A DNA stretch of 63,844 nt, the filler included, from an uncultured bacterium (GTDB lineage Bacteria > Latescibacterota > UBA2968): assembly GCA_964471275.1 (NCBI GenBank). It is 8 parts of 8 records of this genome, joined end to end, with 100 filler letters (N's around TTAATTAATTAA, not from the genome) between each part and the next. Parts side by side here need not be neighbours in the genome. Positions count along the whole stretch, not along the records: positions 58,207 to 63,844 come from CAYYGZ010000271.1; 7 more parts are not named here. One strand, given 5' to 3'. The notes under the pieces are model-generated. The model was not told where the DNA came from. It made no database searches and saw only the letters and a program-made list of their open reading frames with translations. Positions 59,920-63,844 of this stretch are shown here, in pieces; position 1 is the stretch's first letter; the number at the start of each line of letters is the position of its first letter. The position numbers and the translations under genes were made by a program.

Positions 59920-62688
59920 TCAGGCTGCTTGGGTTTCAAGAATCTCACGTGCAAGGTCTCTCACAATGTCTGCTTCGTCGTTCTGCAGGTTTGCCGCTTC
60001 AATCGCGGCTCTGTTCGGGGCGATCGTCCGCAGCGCGTCCAGCGCCGTCTCACGAACCACAGGATGGGGATGACAGAGGTCTTCCGCAAGCCCGTCTGGT
60101 GGGGTGACGCTCTGATGCCCGGCGGCGTAGAGTGCCCCTATTCTGACCCAGTTTGAGCAGCCTTCCGAGAGCACACTCGCCACAGAGTCTTCGAGGTCGC
60201 CCAGGTCTTCTCCCGCTAAAGCACGGATTGTCACGAGCACTTCGTTTCTGAGGTCGCCCTTGAGAACATTCTCAAGGACCTCTATCGCGTTGTTGCGGGC
60301 CTCACCCTCGTCCTTCAGGCTTTGGTGGAGCGCCATCAGTTTGATGGATGGGGTAAGCGTGTCAATGATCAGGAAGCTGTTCGACAGGTGCAGATCTGAC
60401 ACCTGTGTCAGGGCCGCTTGCAGGATCGTGGCGTCATCGTGTGAACTGGCGACATGGGCTCTGGCTCGATTGGCTCTGGACTCTCGGAGTTCCTGTAGCG
60501 CAAGCTGTTCCAGGACGGATCGTTTCTCCTTTGTCCGGTCCAGTGCTGCAACCATCTGCGTGTAGGCCCTTACTGCGCTCGAGCGCAAGAGGGGGTTGGG
60601 TGAACGAGCAGCCTTCTCGAGGCCCGGAAGTGCGCGCGGATCACCGATTCTTGAGAGAATGGGCGGGATCCCCTGCGCCCCCGAGAATGCGCCTTTCTCA
60701 TCGGCCAATTGGACATAGGGGATCAGGTGATCGAGTGCGGCCGCCCCGAACTCGGCGAGGGTATCGCCGGCGAGCGGAGCAACTTTCGGGTTTGCAAGCA
60801 GGGGGGTGATCGCGGCAATCAGTTCGGGGTCGTTCTGGCAGACACAAGCCTCCAGCGCGGCGCGAATCACTTCTGTGTCCTCGTCCTGGAGCAGGCCGAT
60901 AAGTGGACGGACGAGACCGCCGCGTTCTAGGCGTCCCATGGCGTGAGCGGCGGCGACACGGTCCTGTGGCTCAGATGAGGTCAGCATCTGTTTTAGCTCT
61001 GCGCCCGCAGAAAGCAGCCCGTCCAGATCTTCTGCATTGATCAGTGCAGCGATTGCGGCCGCTCGTGTTTCGGGAGCCAGATCGGTCAGAGAATCCTCGA
61101 TCCGGATCAGATGCTCCGATTCGCCGAGTGAATATATCGCGTCGATGGCCCCTTCCCGGATCTGAGCATTCGTGTGCCCCAGCAGTTTCGAAATCACGGG
61201 GACATCGTTCTCTGTACCGTATTCCTTCAGGTAGGAAAGCGAGGCAATCTTGATCCGTGGGTCATTCCGCTGCAGCATCTCACGATACTCAGCAGACCAG
61301 TCCACGGCCTCCAGCGTCGGCAGGATGCCAAGCAGATACACGACTTCTTCATCGTTCGCCGAGTCGAGATTCTCCCGGATGTGACTCTCGAGGACCCCGT
61401 CATGGAGGGCGGCAGTCTCCTGGGAGGCGTCGAACTGTTTGTTGCTAAGTGAGGAGACTAGTGACCTAATGTACGCGATGTGATTCAGTCGGGTGAGGGC
61501 GACCCACGCCAAACTCAAGCAGGCTGCCGTGATAGCGAGTTGATGTAATTCGGATGTCTGTGCCACCAGAATCAGGCAGAGGCCGGTCAATCCCGTAGCA
61601 AGCGGTTTCCCGATCCCTTCGGCCAGGGCACGTGCCTGGCTTCTTGTTTGCCGAGCGATCCCGAGGTAGAGCATCTGGAGCGCGGCGCTGTCGATCGTGA
61701 AGGCGAACACCTGAACGGCAAACTTGGTGACCACCGTCCAGCCGAAAGACTCGGTAACCCAGGCGACAATACTCGTGATGACGAGTGCAGCAGGCAGGAT
61801 GACAAGGCCTGCAAACACGCCTCCCGACTGGAGAACGCGATGGACAATGAACAGCTGGATGACGAGAGCTACAGCGCTTGCGGCGCCGTAGAACGTTCCG
61901 AAAAAGCTGGCCAGCTCCTGCGGTGCGACGTTGATGCGTGTACCGGCCTTGAACTGGTAGTCGACCAAGGTCAGCGCAACTGTTGCCGCGAGCATGAGAC
62001 CGATGATCGCCCGGATTTGGACGTGTCCCAGAAGGCTGCTCAGTGATCCAATGCCACCATCTCCTGAGGTCGATTCCGGGGCGTGCCGCCCAATCCCGTC
62101 TCGTCTGCTGATTCTCCCGATGATGAGACTGAACCCGATCATGAGGACTGAGATGATAATCAGCAAACTGGCCGTGCCGAACACGTCGGTGAGCGGCCTC
62201 ACGATGAGGCCGGCGAGTATGCAGGCTGTGGTGCCTCCTGCCCCAATCAGGCCAAACAAGCGTTTCGCCTGACCTGGTACAAAGCATTGAGCCGCAAAAC
62301 TCCAGAAGAGGATCATCGGAAGGTTCACAACGAGATCCCCCAGCACGTATGCAGCCACTCTACCAAGCGGGTTCGGCTGGACGGCGAGGAAGAGGCAAAG
62401 TAACAGGCAGGTGCTGCCGATCGTGAGACTAAGGACAGACACCAGCCTGGCCAGAGGCCAGCGGCTTGCCAAGCGGGCGTAGCCATAGGCAACGATGCCT
62501 ACAGTCGCGGCCGTGGCGGGGTACATATAGGCCAGATCTGATGCGGAGTAGTGCTCAAGGAAGAGCGCGTCGCCGACGGTCCTGCCGATCAGTGCGGCGG
62601 CCGCAACGAACATGAACGCTAAAGTTGTGTCGTAGAAGCGTTTACGGTCGACAGTGCTGAGGTCGGATAATGGGAATCTTGCGGCCAT
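59920..62688 (-). CDS. NTT/TLC (Npt1/Npt2-like) MFS transporter fused to HEAT repeats
   Basis: About 12 TM segments with DALFL, FWSFA..QAKRLFGLIGAGG, LVDYQFK; C-terminal HEAT repeats. Confidence 0.85.
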   Translation of the reverse strand: MAARFPLSDLSTVDRKRFYDTTLAFMFVAAAALIGRTVGDALFLEHYSASDLAYMYPATAATVGIVAYGYARLASRWPLARLVSVLSLTIGSTCLLLCLFLAVQPNPLGRVAAYVLGDLVVNLPMILFWSFAAQCFVPGQAKRLFGLIGAGGTTACILAGLIVRPLTDVFGTASLLIIISVLMIGFSLIIGRISRRDGIGRHAPESTSGDGGIGSLSSLLGHVQIRAIIGLMLAATVALTLVDYQFKAGTRINVAPQELASFFGTFYGAASAVALVIQLFIVHRVLQSGGVFAGLVILPAALVITSIVAWVTESFGWTVVTKFAVQVFAFTIDSAALQMLYLGIARQTRSQARALAEGIGKPLATGLTGLCLILVAQTSELHQLAITAACLSLAWVALTRLNHIAYIRSLVSSLSNKQFDASQETAALHDGVLESHIRENLDSANDEEVVYLLGILPTLEAVDWSAEYREMLQRNDPRIKIASLSYLKEYGTENDVPVISKLLGHTNAQIREGAIDAIYSLGESEHLIRIEDSLTDLAPETRAAAIAALINAEDLDGLLSAGAELKQMLTSSEPQDRVAAAHAMGRLERGGLVRPLIGLLQDEDTEVIRAALEACVCQNDPELIAAITPLLANPKVAPLAGDTLAEFGAAALDHLIPYVQLADEKGAFSGAQGIPPILSRIGDPRALPGLEKAARSPNPLLRSSAVRAYTQMVAALDRTKEKRSVLEQLALQELRESRANRARAHVASSHDDATILQAALTQVSDLHLSNSFLIIDTLTPSIKLMALHQSLKDEGEARNNAIEVLENVLKGDLRNEVLVTIRALAGEDLGDLEDSVASVLSEGCSNWVRIGALYAAGHQSVTPPDGLAEDLCHPHPVVRETALDALRTIAPNRAAIEAANLQNDEADIVRDLAREILETQAA

Positions 62689-62921
62689 AGCCCGGTGTGA
62701 TTGTATGAATCAGATACGACGGACATCCGATGAGCGGTGCGCAATATAGGCCCCGAAATTCGCGGTGTCAACTTGGCTGGCATGGTGCAGCGGCCACCTT
62801 GGCTCAAAAAAAACAAAGGCTTATAATTTTTCGCTCTGGTGAAGTCTGCCTGGTTCGGGATCCCCTCCCAACTGTGCTGGACCTCAATTCACCCACTCCT
62901 TGAGCACGTGTTCCCATCTAA

Positions 62922-63074
62922 TTGCACAATGCATCCTCTGATAGCCCTGAATGGACGATTCGACCCGCAGACGGCGGCGTTGAACTGCGCCGTCTGGACG
63001 CAAACGGAGATGATCTTGTGGACTTCACGGATTTCGTGATCTTCCAGAGTTCTTTTGGTAGCGTCTGTCCATAG
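62922..63074 (+). pseudogene. Orphan dockerin/EF-hand-like fragment
   Basis: RRLDANGDDLVDFTDFVIFQSSFG* in a short frame not listed in the ORF track. Confidence 0.55.
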
Positions 63075-63341
63075 CGCTTGTTACGGCAAACATTGTGCAG
63101 AGCTGGGATGGCCTTGAGCACGTCTCCGCTCTTTTTTTTTGCTCACGTAGACGCATTCTATGGAGTCCGGATGGATGGTCAGCCCGGCCTGAAGATGTCA
63201 CACCCCAAACGGAATCCGGTGACCCTGGTCGTGCAGAGAGGATGTCCTGATTTCGTCGTTGGGGCCGACAGGCCTTCTGCTGATGTATGCCTATCGGCTG
63301 ATTTTCTGGGAGATTGCAGAGAGGCGGATGGGACTGCGCGG

Positions 63342-63844
63342 CTAGCGGGAAAAGGGACGCTGATGAACGGATTCATATTCCTGTCGGATCCGCGCAAGCT
63401 TCTCGTTCGGCAGGATCACACGTCGGCTGGCACCGCGCGCGTTGTCGGCCAGTTGCTGGTGGAGTTCGCGGAAACGTGCGTAGCCGTTTGAGACATTCTC
63501 CTGCGTGATGAGTCCATCCCCATCGACATCGAAGAGCGCCCCCACGATCAATCTAACCAGGTATTCCTCGGAGTCATCGTACTGCCGCTGGAGCAACGAT
63601 GTCTGGTCTGCAATGTCTTTGAATCGGTACCCGCTCAGGTCTGTGTAGCCGACAGTCGCACTGTAAACAAACCCGATGCGCTGTCGAATCTCCGTCAGCA
63701 TCGCTTCCTGTGTGAGTTGCTGGCCCCGCTGTGTGATGGGCTTGAACACGTAGGGCAGGTCGAGTCCAAATACCATCAGCGAGGGAAGAGAGCCGTCATC
63801 GTACGCCCCTCCCTTTCGGATGCCCGTCTGTCCACTGGAGCCCA
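63342..63844 (-). CDS. Hypothetical protein (5' runs off window)
   Basis: Frame is open to the window end; contains EF-hand-like FDVDGDGLITQE. Confidence 0.7.
   Translation of the reverse strand, partial: GSSGQTGIRKGGAYDDGSLPSLMVFGLDLPYVFKPITQRGQQLTQEAMLTEIRQRIGFVYSATVGYTDLSGYRFKDIADQTSLLQRQYDDSEEYLVRLIVGALFDVDGDGLITQENVSNGYARFRELHQQLADNARGASRRVILPNEKLARIRQEYESVHQRPFSR

Noticed and set aside
1..63844. CRISPR array, cas genes, rRNA or tRNA
   Set aside because: No repeat-spacer pattern or RNA gene signature was recognised.

Overview
The window is a concatenation of eight unrelated ~8 kb contigs. They are joined by 100-nt N spacers carrying a TTAATTAATTAA linker, and the six complete contigs run in decreasing size order, so neighbourhood across spacers is meaningless. 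It looks like a GC-rich bacterial MAG. GWxTD proteins, dockerin-like EF-hand tails, sulfatase, PhyH and several Gfo/Idh/MocA genes suggest a Latescibacterota-like lineage (inference only). Contig contents: (1) PilZ-like gene, lipoprotein, TPR/GWxTD genes, ruvX and mltG; (2) a sugar locus with a ComB-like phosphatase, PL17-like lyase, galT and a plant ARA1-like GHMP kinase; (3) oxidoreductases among IS remnants and pseudogenes; (4) an RND permease and a DUF1537 kinase-PdxA fusion; (5) an unusual wHTH-PAS kinase/receiver/helical-repeat cluster and nrdR-nrdJ; (6) sulfatase, lactonase, epimerase and a beta-helix protein; (7) an Fe-S-rich run sodA-erpA-rny-nuoI-iscU-like-queG-miaB-lipA-Rieske-DUF1802, in which rny overlaps nuoI by 194 nt; (8) an NTT/TLC transporter-HEAT gene, a cNMP-binding gene with a nonsense codon, and a secretin. 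I recognised no rRNA, tRNA or CRISPR array. All family calls come from motif recognition by eye; no searches were run.
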